Assembly (NCBI RefSeq): GCF_965641715.1
Contig: NZ_OZ282453.1
Direction: 5' to 3' (one strand)
Source: Escherichia coli
GTDB taxonomy: Bacteria > Pseudomonadota > Gammaproteobacteria > Enterobacterales > Enterobacteriaceae
Length of the DNA stretch: 64,000 nucleotides
Under the pieces are notes generated by a model. The model did no database searches. It was not told the origin of the DNA and saw only the letters and a program-made list of their open reading frames with translations. The translations under genes and the position numbers were made by a program. Within the stretch, counting starts at the first letter, position 1, and each line of letters starts with the position of its first letter. Positions 10,233 to 25,685 of the stretch are shown here, one piece after another.

Positions 10233-11603
10233 ATGAAACAATTAACCTGCTTTAAAGCCTATGATATTCGCGGGAAATTAGGCGAAGAACTGAATGAAGA
10301 TATCGCCTGGCGTATTGGGCGCGCCTATGGCGAATTTCTCAAACCGAAAACCATTGTGTTAGGCGGTGATGTCCGCCTTACCAGCGAAACCTTAAAACTG
10401 GCGCTGGCGAAAGGTTTACAGGATGCGGGAGTCGACGTGCTGGATATTGGTATGTCCGGCACTGAAGAGATCTATTTCGCCACGTTCCATCTCGGCGTGG
10501 ATGGCGGCATTGAAGTTACCGCCAGCCATAATCCGATGGATTATAACGGCATGAAGCTGGTGCGCGAGGGGGCTCGCCCGATCAGCGGTGATACCGGACT
10601 GCGCGACGTCCAGCGTCTGGCAGAAGCCAACGACTTTCCTCCCGTCGATGAAACCAAACGCGGTCGCTATCAGCAAATCAATCTGCGTGACGCTTACGTT
10701 GATCACCTGTTCGGTTATATCAATGTCAAAAACCTCACGCCGCTCAAGCTGGTGATCAACTCCGGGAACGGCGCAGCGGGTCCGGTGGTGGACGCCATCG
10801 AAGCCCGCTTTAAAGCCCTCGGCGCACCTGTGGAATTAATCAAAGTACACAACATGCCGGATGGCAATTTCCCCAACGGTATTCCTAACCCGCTACTGCC
10901 GGAATGTCGCGACGATACTCGTAATGCGGTCATCAAACACGGCGCGGATATGGGCATTGCCTTTGATGGCGATTTTGACCGCTGCTTCCTGTTTGACGAA
11001 AAAGGGCAGTTTATTGAGGGCTACTACATTGTCGGCCTGTTGGCAGAAGCATTCCTCGAAAAAAATTCCGGCGCGAAGATCATCCACGATCCACGTCTCT
11101 CCTGGAACACCGTTGATGTGGTGACTGCCGCAGGCGGCACCCCGGTAATGTCGAAAACCGGACACGCCTTTATTAAAGAACGTATGCGCAAGGAAGACGC
11201 CATCTACGGTGGCGAAATGAGCGCCCACCATTACTTCCGTGATTTCGCTTACTGCGACAGCGGCATGATCCCGTGGCTGCTGGTCGCCGAACTGGTGTGC
11301 CTGAAAGGGAAAACGCTGGGCGAACTGGTACGCGACCGGATGGCAGCATTTCCGGCAAGCGGTGAGATCAACAGCAAACTGGCGGACCCCGTTGAGGCGA
11401 TTAACCGCGTGGAACAGCATTTTAGCCGTGAGGCTCTGGCGGTGGATCGCACCGATGGCATCAGCATGACCTTTGCCGACTGGCGCTTTAACCTGCGCAC
11501 CTCCAACACCGAACCGGTGGTGCGCCTGAATGTGGAATCGCGCGGTGATGTGCCGCTGATGGAAGAAAAAACAAAACTTATTCTTGAGTTACTGAGTAAG
11601 TAA
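10233..11603 (+). CDS. manB: phosphomannomutase ManB
   Basis: 456-aa ORF with phosphohexomutase active-site region (TASHNP) and ManB/CpsG-like sequence throughout; markedly higher GC than manC. Confidence 0.92.
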   Translation: MKQLTCFKAYDIRGKLGEELNEDIAWRIGRAYGEFLKPKTIVLGGDVRLTSETLKLALAKGLQDAGVDVLDIGMSGTEEIYFATFHLGVDGGIEVTASHNPMDYNGMKLVREGARPISGDTGLRDVQRLAEANDFPPVDETKRGRYQQINLRDAYVDHLFGYINVKNLTPLKLVINSGNGAAGPVVDAIEARFKALGAPVELIKVHNMPDGNFPNGIPNPLLPECRDDTRNAVIKHGADMGIAFDGDFDRCFLFDEKGQFIEGYYIVGLLAEAFLEKNSGAKIIHDPRLSWNTVDVVTAAGGTPVMSKTGHAFIKERMRKEDAIYGGEMSAHHYFRDFAYCDSGMIPWLLVAELVCLKGKTLGELVRDRMAAFPASGEINSKLADPVEAINRVEQHFSREALAVDRTDGISMTFADWRFNLRTSNTEPVVRLNVESRGDVPLMEEKTKLILELLSK

Positions 11604-11766
11604 TTCAGTAATTTCATATAAATGGGTTTTAAAAAACGGAAAAGATGAGATATCCGGTGTGGTATAGCCAAGGTAATGCTATTCAGTATCTCTATGAGTG
11701 AGTTAACATCTATACCACATTTAAGCCGCACACTTGGCGGTGACCACCCCCTGACAGGAGTAAACA

Positions 11767-13173
11767 ATGTCAAAGCAACAGATCGGCGTCGTCGGTATGG
11801 CAGTGATGGGGCGCAACCTTGCGCTCAACATCGAAAGCCGTGGTTATACCGTCTCTATTTTCAACCGTTCCCGTGAAAAGACGGAAGAAGTGATTGCCGA
11901 AAATCCAGGCAAGAAACTGGTTCCTTACTATACGGTGAAAGAGTTTGTTGAATCTCTGGAAACGCCTCGTCGCATCCTGTTAATGGTGAAAGCAGGTGCA
12001 GGCACGGATGCTGCTATTGATTCCCTCAAACCATATCTCGATAAAGGCGACATCATCATTGATGGTGGTAACACCTTCTTCCAGGACACCATTCGTCGTA
12101 ACCGTGAGCTTTCTGCTGAAGGCTTTAACTTCATTGGTACCGGTGTCTCCGGTGGAGAAGAAGGCGCGCTGAAAGGTCCTTCCATTATGCCTGGTGGGCA
12201 GAAAGAAGCCTATGAACTGGTTGCGCCGATCCTGACCAAAATCGCCGCAGTGGCTGAAGACGGTGAGCCATGCGTTACCTATATTGGTGCCGATGGTGCA
12301 GGTCACTATGTGAAGATGGTTCACAACGGTATCGAATACGGTGATATGCAACTGATTGCTGAAGCCTATTCTCTGCTTAAAGGTGGCCTGAACCTCACCA
12401 ACGAAGAACTGGCGCAGACCTTTACCGAATGGAATAACGGTGAACTGAGCAGCTACCTGATCGACATCACCAAAGATATCTTCACCAAAAAAGATGAAGA
12501 CGGTAACTACCTGGTTGATGTGATTCTGGATGAAGCAGCAAACAAAGGTACGGGTAAATGGACCAGCCAGAGTGCGCTGGATCTCGGTGAACCACTGTCG
12601 CTTATTACCGAGTCTGTGTTTGCACGTTATATCTCTTCTCTAAAAGATCAGCGCGTTGCCGCATCTAAAGTTCTCTCTGGTCCGCAAGCGCAGCCAGCTG
12701 GCGACAAGGCTGAGTTCATCGAAAAAGTTCGTCGTGCGCTGTATCTGGGCAAAATCGTTTCTTACGCCCAAGGCTTCTCTCAGCTGCGTGCTGCGTCTGA
12801 AGAGTACAACTGGGATCTGAACTACGGCGAAATCGCGAAGATTTTCCGTGCTGGCTGCATCATCCGTGCGCAGTTCCTGCAGAAAATCACTGATGCATAT
12901 GCCGAAAATCCGCAGATCGCTAACCTGCTGCTGGCTCCGTACTTTAAACAAATTGCCGATGATTACCAGCAGGCGCTGCGTGATGTCGTTGCTTATGCAG
13001 TACAGAACGGTATCCCGGTTCCGACCTTCGCCGCTGCGGTTGCCTATTATGACAGCTACCGCGCCGCTGTTCTGCCTGCGAACCTGATCCAGGCACAGCG
13101 TGACTATTTCGGTGCGCATACTTATAAGCGCATTGATAAGGAAGGTGTGTTCCATACTGAATGGCTGGATTAA
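11767..13173 (+). CDS. gnd: 6-phosphogluconate dehydrogenase (decarboxylating)
   Basis: 468-aa ORF matching Gnd along its whole length as recalled ([26 protein letters not shown]...). Confidence 0.97.
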   Translation: MSKQQIGVVGMAVMGRNLALNIESRGYTVSIFNRSREKTEEVIAENPGKKLVPYYTVKEFVESLETPRRILLMVKAGAGTDAAIDSLKPYLDKGDIIIDGGNTFFQDTIRRNRELSAEGFNFIGTGVSGGEEGALKGPSIMPGGQKEAYELVAPILTKIAAVAEDGEPCVTYIGADGAGHYVKMVHNGIEYGDMQLIAEAYSLLKGGLNLTNEELAQTFTEWNNGELSSYLIDITKDIFTKKDEDGNYLVDVILDEAANKGTGKWTSQSALDLGEPLSLITESVFARYISSLKDQRVAASKVLSGPQAQPAGDKAEFIEKVRRALYLGKIVSYAQGFSQLRAASEEYNWDLNYGEIAKIFRAGCIIRAQFLQKITDAYAENPQIANLLLAPYFKQIADDYQQALRDVVAYAVQNGIPVPTFAAAVAYYDSYRAAVLPANLIQAQRDYFGAHTYKRIDKEGVFHTEWLD

Positions 13174-13202
13174 TCTGATTTAAATCAATTAACCAACACA
13201 AG

Positions 13203-13229
13203 GCCCGGAGAAACCCTCCGGGCTTTTTT
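13203..13229 (+). terminator. rho-independent terminator downstream of gnd
   Basis: GCCCGGAG-loop-CTCCGGGC stem followed by a T-run. Confidence 0.7.
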
Positions 13230-13421
13230 ATTATACAAAGCGGCAGGTTATGGCCTTTTTTTATAATTTATGATTAAAAAAGCGATATAATACAGAGCCG
13301 CACAGCAGGATCGCTGCCTTGACAGTTCATATACATCAGCGTTAAAAATCCCGCAGTAGATGAAGTTGTGGTGGTGGATTAATGACCACTCTAAATGTTT
13401 AACCGGAAGAAGTCAGAGCTA

Positions 13422-14588
13422 ATGAAAATAACAATTTCAGGAACAGGTTATGTTGGTCTTTCAAATGGTATTCTGATTGCGCAAAACCACGAAGTGGTTG
13501 CACTGGATATCGTTCAGGCCAAAGTGGACATGCTTAACAAGAAGCAGTCACCGATTGTTGATAAGGAGATTGAAGAGTATCTGGCGACTAAAGATCTCAA
13601 TTTCCGCGCTACGACAGATAAGTATGACGCGTATAAAAATGCCGATTACGTTATTATTGCCACACCTACCGATTATGATCCGAAAACGAATTATTTTAAT
13701 ACCTCAAGCGTGGAAGCGGTCATTCGCGATGTGACAGAAATTAATCCCAACGCGGTAATGATTATAAAATCAACTATCCCTGTTGGTTTTACAGAGTCCA
13801 TTAAAGAACGTTTTGGTATTGAAAATGTGATCTTTTCGCCTGAGTTTTTGCGTGAAGGTAAAGCACTTTATGATAACTTACACCCATCACGCATTGTGAT
13901 TGGCGAGCAGTCTGAACGCGCTGAACGTTTTGCTGCGTTATTACAGGAAGGCGCCATTAAGCAAGACATACCAACATTGTTTACTGACTCAACCGAAGCT
14001 GAGGCGATTAAACTTTTTGCCAACACTTATCTGGCTATGCGTGTAGCGTATTTCAATGAACTTGATAGTTATGCTGAAAGCCTGGGGCTTAATTCACGCC
14101 AGATTATTGAGGGCGTATGCCTTGATCCGCGTATCGGTAATCACTACAACAACCCGTCATTCGGTTATGGCGGTTATTGTCTGCCGAAAGATACCAAGCA
14201 GTTACTGGCAAATTACCAGTCTGTGCCGAATAACCTGATCTCGGCAATTGTTGACGCCAACCGCACGCGCAAAGATTTTATTGCCGATTCTATCCTTGCA
14301 CGTAAACCGAAAGTTGTTGGCGTCTATCGTCTGATTATGAAGAGTGGTTCGGACAATTTCCGTGCTTCCTCGATTCAGGGTATTATGAAGCGAATCAAGG
14401 CGAAAGGTGTGCCAGTAATCGTTTATGAGCCAGCGATGAAAGAGGACGATTTTTTCCGTTCGCGCGTGGTACGTGATCTGGATGCGTTCAAACAAGAAGC
14501 TGATGTTATTATTTCTAACCGTATGTCTGCCGATCTGGCTGATGTAGCAGATAAGGTTTATACGCGCGACTTGTTTGGCAATGATTAA
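13422..14588 (+). CDS. ugd: UDP-glucose 6-dehydrogenase
   Basis: 388 codons from the ATG giving [16 protein letters not shown] (Rossmann fold); the ORF track starts 9 codons upstream at another ATG (13395), which I consider less likely. Confidence 0.93.
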   Translation: MKITISGTGYVGLSNGILIAQNHEVVALDIVQAKVDMLNKKQSPIVDKEIEEYLATKDLNFRATTDKYDAYKNADYVIIATPTDYDPKTNYFNTSSVEAVIRDVTEINPNAVMIIKSTIPVGFTESIKERFGIENVIFSPEFLREGKALYDNLHPSRIVIGEQSERAERFAALLQEGAIKQDIPTLFTDSTEAEAIKLFANTYLAMRVAYFNELDSYAESLGLNSRQIIEGVCLDPRIGNHYNNPSFGYGGYCLPKDTKQLLANYQSVPNNLISAIVDANRTRKDFIADSILARKPKVVGVYRLIMKSGSDNFRASSIQGIMKRIKAKGVPVIVYEPAMKEDDFFRSRVVRDLDAFKQEADVIISNRMSADLADVADKVYTRDLFGND

Positions 14589-14607
14589 TTATTTTGTTTC
14601 ATACTAA

Positions 14608-14637
14608 GAAAAGGCCCTAATAAATTAGGGCCTTTTC
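14608..14637. terminator. bidirectional hairpin between convergent ugd and gla-like gene
   Basis: AAAAGGCCCTAA-TAAA-TTAGGGCCTTTT palindrome with flanking A/T runs on both strands. Confidence 0.65.
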
Positions 14638-14653
14638 TTATGGTTTTATAAAA

Positions 14654-15658
14654 TCAAACTTTATAGAAGTTACGATACCATTCTACAAAGTTCTTTACCC
14701 CCTCTTTAACTGACGTTTCAGGTTTGAATCCTATTACGTCATACAGTGCTTTTGTATCAGCACTGGTTTCCAGTACATCACCGGGTTGGAGAGGCATCAT
14801 ATTTTTGTTGGCTTCAATACCCAGAGCCTCTTCTAAGGCATTGATATAGTCCATCAACTCCACAGGCGAACTATTACCAATGTTATAGACACGATATGGT
14901 GCTGAACTTGTTGCAGGAGAGCCTGTTTCAACAGCCCACTGTGGATCTTTTTCTGGAATAACATCCTGTAAGCGAATAATAGCTTCGGCAATATCATCAA
15001 TATAAGTAAAGTCACGCTTCATTTTGCCGAAGTTGTAAACATCAATGCTTTTACCTCCCAACATGGCTTTAGTGAATTTAAATAATGCCATATCCGGACG
15101 TCCCCATGGACCATAAACCGTAAAGAAACGCAGCCCTGTGGTCGGTAAGCCATACAAATGAGAATACGTATGGGCCATGAGTTCATTCGCTTTTTTAGTT
15201 GCTGCATAAAGCGAAACAGGATGATCTACAGAGTCATCTGTGGAGAAAGGCATCTTGCGGTTCATGCCATAAACAGAACTGGAGGAAGCGTAAAGTAGAT
15301 GCTGAACACTATTATGGCGACATCCTTCCAGTATGTTCAGGAATCCAATCAGGTTTGCATCTGCATATGCATTGGGATTTTCAAGGGAGTAACGTACACC
15401 GGCTTGCGCAGCGAGGTTTATTACGCGTTCGAACTGCTCGTCTGCAAACAGTGCCGCCATTTTCTCACGATCAGCCAGGTCAATTTTATAAAAACTGAAG
15501 TTGTCGTGCTTGAGTAAATCAAGTCGTGCTTGTTTGAGGTTGACATCGTAATAATCATTTAAGTTGTCAATGCCTACAACCTGATGACCAGCTGCAAGAA
15601 GCCGTTTACTTACATAGAAACCGATAAAGCCAGCAGCTCCCGTAACCAGAAATTTCAT
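14654..15658 (-). CDS. gla: NAD-dependent nucleotide-sugar epimerase, UDP-glucuronate 4-epimerase-like (SDR family)
   Basis: 334-aa ORF with Rossmann motif VTGAAGFIG and SDR catalytic YxxxK (YAATKKANE); family assignment from motif-level similarity, substrate inferred. Confidence 0.75.
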   Translation of the reverse strand: MKFLVTGAAGFIGFYVSKRLLAAGHQVVGIDNLNDYYDVNLKQARLDLLKHDNFSFYKIDLADREKMAALFADEQFERVINLAAQAGVRYSLENPNAYADANLIGFLNILEGCRHNSVQHLLYASSSSVYGMNRKMPFSTDDSVDHPVSLYAATKKANELMAHTYSHLYGLPTTGLRFFTVYGPWGRPDMALFKFTKAMLGGKSIDVYNFGKMKRDFTYIDDIAEAIIRLQDVIPEKDPQWAVETGSPATSSAPYRVYNIGNSSPVELMDYINALEEALGIEANKNMMPLQPGDVLETSADTKALYDVIGFKPETSVKEGVKNFVEWYRNFYKV

Positions 15659-15829
15659 TTATAATCCTCGCTCAGGCTAGAATATAGCCAATCTTCATCT
15701 GGCATAACTGAAAGTTAAATCATACCGTTAGACAAGAAAAAAAGATAATCGGTATCAGTTCTAAACCTGGCTGTTTTTTCTGGTAACGTGCTCATTTTAC
15801 GATCAAAGCTGTTCTAAGCTGACTATTAG

Positions 15830-15937
<108 letters not shown>

Positions 15938-15945
15938 CATCCTGT

Positions 15946-15970
15946 TATCAGGGCGATTTTCGCCCTGATT
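15946..15970 (+). terminator. hairpin following the ugd remnant
   Basis: CAGGGCGA-TTTT-CGCCCTG stem-loop directly after the remnant stop codon; weak T-run. Confidence 0.45.
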
Positions 15971-16083
15971 CTCTTATGTTCCATTTGTAATAATTCATTA
16001 TTTTTATCATTTATCCTATAGCATTCATGGCGATTATCGCTAAACTATGGCGACTTAAAATTATTTCGTCCGTTAGGGTAATG

Positions 16084-17064
16084 ATGAGAGTAGAAAATAA
16101 TAATGTTTCTGGGCAAAACCATGACCCGGAACAGATTGATTTGATTGATTTACTGGTGCAGTTGTGGCGTGGCAAGATGACAATTATCATCTCTGTCATT
16201 GTTGCTATTGCCCTGGCTATAGGGTATCTGGCCGTTGCCAAAGAAAAGTGGACTTCCACTGCTATCGTTACTCAACCTGATGTGGGGCAAATCGCTGGTT
16301 ATACCAACGCGATGAATGTGATTTACGGTCCGGCTGTACCGAAAGTCTCCGACATTCAGGCTTCACTTATCGGACGTTACAGCACTGCATTCTCAGCATT
16401 AGCGGAAACGCTGGATAACCAGGAAGAAGCAGAAAAGCTGACCATTGAGCCTACCGTTAAAAATCAGTCATTACCTTTAGCGGTGTCTTATGTTGGTGAA
16501 ACACCTGAAGGTGCTCAGAAGCAGCTGGCGAAGTATATCCAGCAAGTTGACGACCAGGTAAACGTAGAGCTGGAAAAAGACTTGAAAGACAACATCGCGC
16601 TGCGTATGAAAAACTTGCAGGACTCTTTAAGAACTCAGGAAGTAGTCGCGCAAGAGCAGAAAGATCTGCGTATCCGTCAGATTCAGGAAGCGTTGCAGTA
16701 TGCGAATCAGGCGCAGGTGACAAAACCGCAAATTCAACAGACTGGCGAAGATATCACGCAAGATACGTTGTTCCTTTTGGGGAGCGAAGCGCTGGAGTCG
16801 ATGATTAAGCACGAGGCGACCCGTCCGTTGGTGTTCTCACCAAACTACTATCAGACACGTCAAAACCTGCTGGATATCGAAAGCTTAAAAGTTGATGATC
16901 TTGATATTCATGCTTACCGCTATGTAATGAAACCGACGTTACCTATTCGTCGCGATAGCCCGAAAAAGGCAATTACCTTGATTCTGGCGGTGCTGCTGGG
17001 CGGCATGGTTGGCGCGGGGATTGTGCTGGGGCGTAATGCTCTGCGTAATTACAACGCGAAGTAA
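16084..17064 (+). CDS. wzzB: O-antigen chain-length determinant Wzz
   Basis: 326 codons from MRVENNNVSGQNHDPEQIDLIDLL, matching WzzB with two TM segments at the ends; ORF track starts 19 codons upstream. Confidence 0.93.
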   Translation: MRVENNNVSGQNHDPEQIDLIDLLVQLWRGKMTIIISVIVAIALAIGYLAVAKEKWTSTAIVTQPDVGQIAGYTNAMNVIYGPAVPKVSDIQASLIGRYSTAFSALAETLDNQEEAEKLTIEPTVKNQSLPLAVSYVGETPEGAQKQLAKYIQQVDDQVNVELEKDLKDNIALRMKNLQDSLRTQEVVAQEQKDLRIRQIQEALQYANQAQVTKPQIQQTGEDITQDTLFLLGSEALESMIKHEATRPLVFSPNYYQTRQNLLDIESLKVDDLDIHAYRYVMKPTLPIRRDSPKKAITLILAVLLGGMVGAGIVLGRNALRNYNAK

Positions 17065-17082
17065 TCTTTTCGGTTTTAAAGA

Positions 17083-17120
17083 AAAAGGGCAGGGTGGTGA
17101 CACCTTGCCCGTTTTTTTTG
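17083..17120. terminator. bidirectional terminator between convergent wzzB and hisI
   Basis: GGGCAGGGTG-GTGA-CACCTTGCCC hairpin with a T-run on the plus strand and a T-rich stretch on the minus strand. Confidence 0.7.
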
Positions 17121-17160
17121 CCGGATGCGACAACAACATCGCATCCGTTTACCCCGCAAC

Positions 17161-17765
17161 TCACTGATGCCGTTTACGCAGGTTCTCAATCACCGTCGTT
17201 AAATCCAGATCCTGATCCTGCAACAACACCAGCAGGTGATACATCAAATCAGATGCCTCGTTGGTCAGTTCAAAGCGGTCATGTACCGTCGCTGCCAGTG
17301 CGGTTTCCACGCCTTCTTCGCCCACTTTCTGCGCAATGCGTTTGGTGCCGCTGGCATACAGTTTGGCGGTGTAGGAGGTTTCCGGGTCGGCAGATTTACG
17401 TTCGGCGAGCAGTTGTTCCAGTTGATAAAGGAACAGCCACTGGTGAGCGGTGTCGCCGAAGCAGCTGCTGGTGCCTTTGTGGCAGGTTGGGCCGATGGGA
17501 TTCGCCAGTACCAGTAACGTGTCGTTGTCGCAGTCCGGGGCAATACTCACCACATTGAGGAAATTGCCCGACGTTTCGCCTTTGGTCCACAGTCGCTGTT
17601 TAGTGCGGGAGAAAAAGGTGACTTTGCCGCTTTCGATGGTTTTGTCCAGAGCTTCCGGGTTCATATAGCCCAGCATTAACACTTCACCGGATACCGCGTG
17701 TTGCACAATCACCGGCATCAGTCCGTCGGTTTTTTCCCAGTCCAGTTCGCGGCGTTGTTGTTCTG

Positions 17766-17772
<7 letters not shown>
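17161..17772 (-). CDS. hisI: bifunctional phosphoribosyl-AMP cyclohydrolase / phosphoribosyl-ATP pyrophosphatase
   Basis: 203-aa ORF matching HisIE as recalled; last gene of the his operon. Confidence 0.96.
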
Positions 17773-19850
<2,078 letters not shown>

Positions 19851-19851
<1 letters not shown>

Positions 19852-20917
19852 TACAGCACTCCTTTCGACGAGGGCAGGGTATCGCCTTCCACGCGGATGG
19901 CCTGGCGCAGGGTGCGACCAAAAGCTTTGAACAGGCTCTCTACACGGTGGTGATCGTTTTTACCTTTGGTTTTCAGGTGCAGGGTCACGCCCATGGTGTA
20001 TGAGAGCGAACGGAAGAAGTGCTCGATCATTTCGGTACTGAGATCGCCCACGCGCTGGTAGGTAAATTCGGCCTTATATTCCAGGTGCGGGCGACCAGAG
20101 ATATCCAGTGCACAGCGGGCAAGGCATTCGTCCATCGGTAGCACAAAACCAAAGCGACAAATACCGCGTTTATCGCCGAGGGCAATTTTTAACGCTTCGC
20201 CCAGCGCCAGGCCGGTATCTTCGACGGTGTGGTGATCGTCGATATAGAGGTCGCCTTTGACGTTGATTTCCATGCGGAAACCGCCGTGGGTGGCGATCTG
20301 ATCCAGCATGTGATCAAAGAAGCCAACGCCGGTGTTAATCTTGCTGCCACCTTCGCGATCCAGCCACACCTGGACGTCAATTTGCGTCTCTTTGGTGTTG
20401 CGCACTACATGGGCGTAACGGTCTCGTTTAGTGAGTTGCTCACCAATCATCGGCCAGTTCAGGGTTTCGCGGTCGTAGCGTAAACCATTAATGCCCATGT
20501 TTTCCGCCAGTTGAATGTCGGTCGCGCGATCGCCAATCACATAACTATTGGCACGATCCATCGCTTGCTCAGCGAGATAACGCTCCACCAGTTTTACTTT
20601 CGGTTTACGGCAGTCGCACTCATCTGCGGGCAGGTGCGGACAAATCAGCACTTCATCAAACTGCACGCCTTGCGAGGTGAAGATCTGCATCATCAGGTTG
20701 TGCGGGCCATCGAAATCCGCCTGCGGGAAACTTTGTGTTCCAAGACCATCCTGATTAGTGATCATCACCAGTTTGTAGCCCGCTTTTTGCAGCTTCAGCA
20801 ACTCCGGGATCACGCCCGGTTCAAAGGCGAGTTTGTCAAAACGGTCCACCTGAAAATCACTCGGCGGTTCGCTAATCAGGGTTCCATCGCGATCGATAAA
20901 AAGATACTTCTGACTCA

Positions 20918-20918
<1 letters not shown>
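19851..20918 (-). CDS. hisB: bifunctional histidinol-phosphatase / imidazoleglycerol-phosphate dehydratase
   Basis: 355 codons from [15 protein letters not shown] (HAD phosphatase DxDGT motif); ATG overlaps the hisC stop. Confidence 0.96.
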
Positions 20919-23289
<2,371 letters not shown>

Positions 23290-23294
23290 GGCGA

Positions 23295-24194
23295 TCACTC
23301 CATCATCTTCTCAATCGGCAGGACCAGGATTGAACTGGCACCCAGCGCTTTCAGTTTTTCCATCGTTTCCCAGAACAGGGTTTCGCTGCTGACCATGTGC
23401 ATCGCTACGCGTTGTTGATCACCCGCCAGCGGCAGAATGGTTGGGCGTTCGGCACCTGGCAGCAGGGCGATGACTTCATCCAGACGTTCGGTCGGTGCGT
23501 GCATCATGATGTATTTTGATTCGCGCGCCTGGATCACACCCTGAATACGGGTCAGCAGTTTGTCGATCAGTTGCTGTTTGGATTCTTCCATTTCGCCATC
23601 GCGTTGTATCAGGCAGGCTTTCGAGCGATAGATAACTTCGACTTCGCGCAGGCCGTTTGCTTCCAGCGTGGCACCGGTGGAAACCAGATCGCAAATCGCA
23701 TCCGCCAGTCCGGCACGCGGGGCGACTTCAACAGAACCGTTCAGTAAGCAGGATTTAAAAGAGATGCCTTTCTGGTCGAGATAACGCTTGAGCAGGTGAG
23801 GATAAGAGGTGGCGATACGTTTACCGTTTAAGGAGAGTGGGCCATCCCAGGCTTCATCAACCGGCGTTGCCAGCGAAAGACGGCAGCCGCCGAAATCCAG
23901 ACGACGCAGGGTAAAGTAGCGTGGATCTTCACCCTGGGCGCGGCGGTTAAGCAGCTCTTCTTCCAGCACGTTTTCGCCGATAATCCCAAGATCTACCACG
24001 CCGTCCATTACCAGACCGGGAATGTCGTCGTCACGCACGCGCAGAATATCAATCGGCATGTTTTCTGCCATCGCGATCAGGCGCTGGGTGTGAAGATTGA
24101 TTTTAATGCCACAGCGCGCCAGCAATTCACGTGAGTCATCACTTAAACGGCCGGATTTCTGCATAGCTATGCGTAAACGAGTGTTGTCTGTCAT
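23295..24194 (-). CDS. hisG: ATP phosphoribosyltransferase
   Basis: 299 codons from [20 protein letters not shown] track begins 13 codons upstream. Confidence 0.95.
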
Positions 24195-24240
24195 TTTCTT
24201 ATTCCTCTTTAAACCTGTCTGAACCGTTATCAATCGCGCA

Positions 24241-24277
24241 ATAAAAAAGCCCCCGGAAGGTGATCTTCCGGGGGCTT
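24241..24277 (-). terminator. his operon attenuator (terminator hairpin)
   Basis: On the minus strand GCCCCCGGAAG-ATCAC-CTTCCGGGGGC followed by TTTTTTAT, between hisL and hisG. Confidence 0.9.
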
Positions 24278-24339
24278 TCTCATGCGTTCATGCACCACTG
24301 GAAGATCTGAATGTCTTCCAGCACACATCGCCTGAAAGA

Positions 24340-24390
24340 CTAGTCAGGATGATGGTGATGATGGTGGTGTTTAAATTGAACGCGTGTCAT
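24340..24390 (-). CDS. hisL: his operon leader peptide
   Basis: Minus strand reads ATG ACA CGC GTT CAA TTT AAA CAC CAC CAT CAT CAC CAT CAT CCT GAC TAG = MTRVQFKHHHHHHHPD*, with seven consecutive His codons. Confidence 0.95.
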   Translation of the reverse strand: MTRVQFKHHHHHHHPD

Positions 24391-24428
24391 AAAAGTCTCT
24401 GTGAATGTTTATTCAACTGATGTCTTTT

Positions 24429-24458
24429 AACCTAAACCACTTTCACGTTAGAAAGCAA
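24429..24458 (-). promoter_or_regulatory. his operon promoter (-35 TTGCTT, -10 TAGGTT)
   Basis: Minus strand reads TTGCTTTCTAACGTGAAAGTGGTTTAGGTTAAAAGACATCAG upstream of hisL; hexamers fit sigma70 consensus with ~18-bp spacing (hand-counted). Confidence 0.65.
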
Positions 24459-24615
24459 GGGCTTTTTTATATATTTTATGGCAATGGATTTGTTTAATGA
24501 ATGAGCGGGGAAAGGTGGGGGCCTGGAGTGACTACGTTAGAAAAGTAATCGTGAAAATATGTCTTTAAAACCCTCAAGAACATTGTGTTCTGTAACTAAA
24601 GTGGGCTTTGTTCCT

Positions 24616-24648
24616 GCCGGATGCGGCGTGAATGCCTTATCTGGTCTA
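24616..24648. repeat. REP (repetitive extragenic palindromic) element
   Basis: GCCGGATGCGGCGTGAATGCCTTATCTGGTCTAC closely matches the enterobacterial REP consensus; intergenic. Confidence 0.7.
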
Positions 24649-24815
24649 CAAATGTTGCCTAAATTCAATATATTGATGTTTTGTAGGACTGATAAGCGGA
24701 GCGCATCAGGCAATGGTATATTTGCTAACAGTTTCGATTTCATTCATAGAATGAATTGTCAGTTTTGATACGCTAGCGTAGCCTTATAGATCTAAGGTGT
24801 ATCAGGAGATAACGG

Positions 24816-25640
24816 ATGAAAAAGGTCGCAATTGTCGGGTTAGGGTGGTTAGGCATGCCGCTGGCGATGTCACTTTCAGCGCGAGGCTGGCAAGTCACCG
24901 GGAGTAAAACCACACAAGATGGTGTCGAAGCGGCCCGAATGAGTGGCATTGATAGCTATCTGCTTCGCATGGAGCCTGAGTTAGTTTGCGATTCTGACGA
25001 TCTGGATGCCCTGATGGATGCCGACGCGCTGGTCATTACGCTTCCGGCACGTCGTAGCGGCCCCGGCGATGAGTTCTATTTACAAGCGGTACAAGAGTTA
25101 GTAGATAGCGCGCTGGCCCATCGTATTCCCCGCATTATTTTCACCAGCTCAACATCTGTCTATGGCGACGCGCAAGGCACGGTGAAAGAAACTACCCCGC
25201 GTAATCCGGTAACCAACAGTGGACGAGTATTAGAAGAACTCGAAGACTGGCTGCACAATTTACCCGGTACTTCGGTCGATATTCTGCGTCTTGCGGGCCT
25301 GGTCGGACCGGGGCGTCATCCCGGACGCTTCTTTGCCGGAAAAACTGCGCCTGATGGTGAACATGGTGTTAATTTAGTCCATTTAGAAGATGTTATTGGC
25401 GCTATCACTCTGTTGTTACAGGCACCTAAAGGCGGACACATCTATAATATATGTGCGCCAGCTCACCCTGCGCGTAATGTTTTCTATCCGCAGATGGCCC
25501 GTTTACTGGGGCTGGAACCTCCGCAGTTCAGAAATAGTCTGGACAGCGGCAAAGGTAAGATTATTGATGGCAGTCGGATTTGTAATGAACTGGGGTTTGA
25601 ATACCAGTATCCCGATCCGCTGGTAATGCCGCTGGAGTAA
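24816..25640 (+). CDS. yeeZ: NAD(P)-binding epimerase/dehydratase-family protein YeeZ
   Basis: 274-aa ORF with N-terminal Rossmann motif (VAIVGLGWLG); position and size match yeeZ next to the his operon. Confidence 0.88.
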   Translation: MKKVAIVGLGWLGMPLAMSLSARGWQVTGSKTTQDGVEAARMSGIDSYLLRMEPELVCDSDDLDALMDADALVITLPARRSGPGDEFYLQAVQELVDSALAHRIPRIIFTSSTSVYGDAQGTVKETTPRNPVTNSGRVLEELEDWLHNLPGTSVDILRLAGLVGPGRHPGRFFAGKTAPDGEHGVNLVHLEDVIGAITLLLQAPKGGHIYNICAPAHPARNVFYPQMARLLGLEPPQFRNSLDSGKGKIIDGSRICNELGFEYQYPDPLVMPLE

Positions 25641-25685
25641 ACGATCACGCCAGCAGGACGCCGCATGCACTGCAAGGGGGCGTGT

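Noticed and set aside
10416..11773. Minus-strand ORFs of 96-175 codons overlapping manB (10893..11420, 11249..11773 and others)
   Set aside because: They are antisense to a well-supported GC-rich manB, where antisense ORFs arise by chance, and have no recognisable motifs or ribosome-binding sites.
17094..17590. Plus-strand ORFs antisense to hisI (17094..17558 and others)
   Set aside because: Embedded antisense in a conserved biosynthetic gene; chance ORFs.
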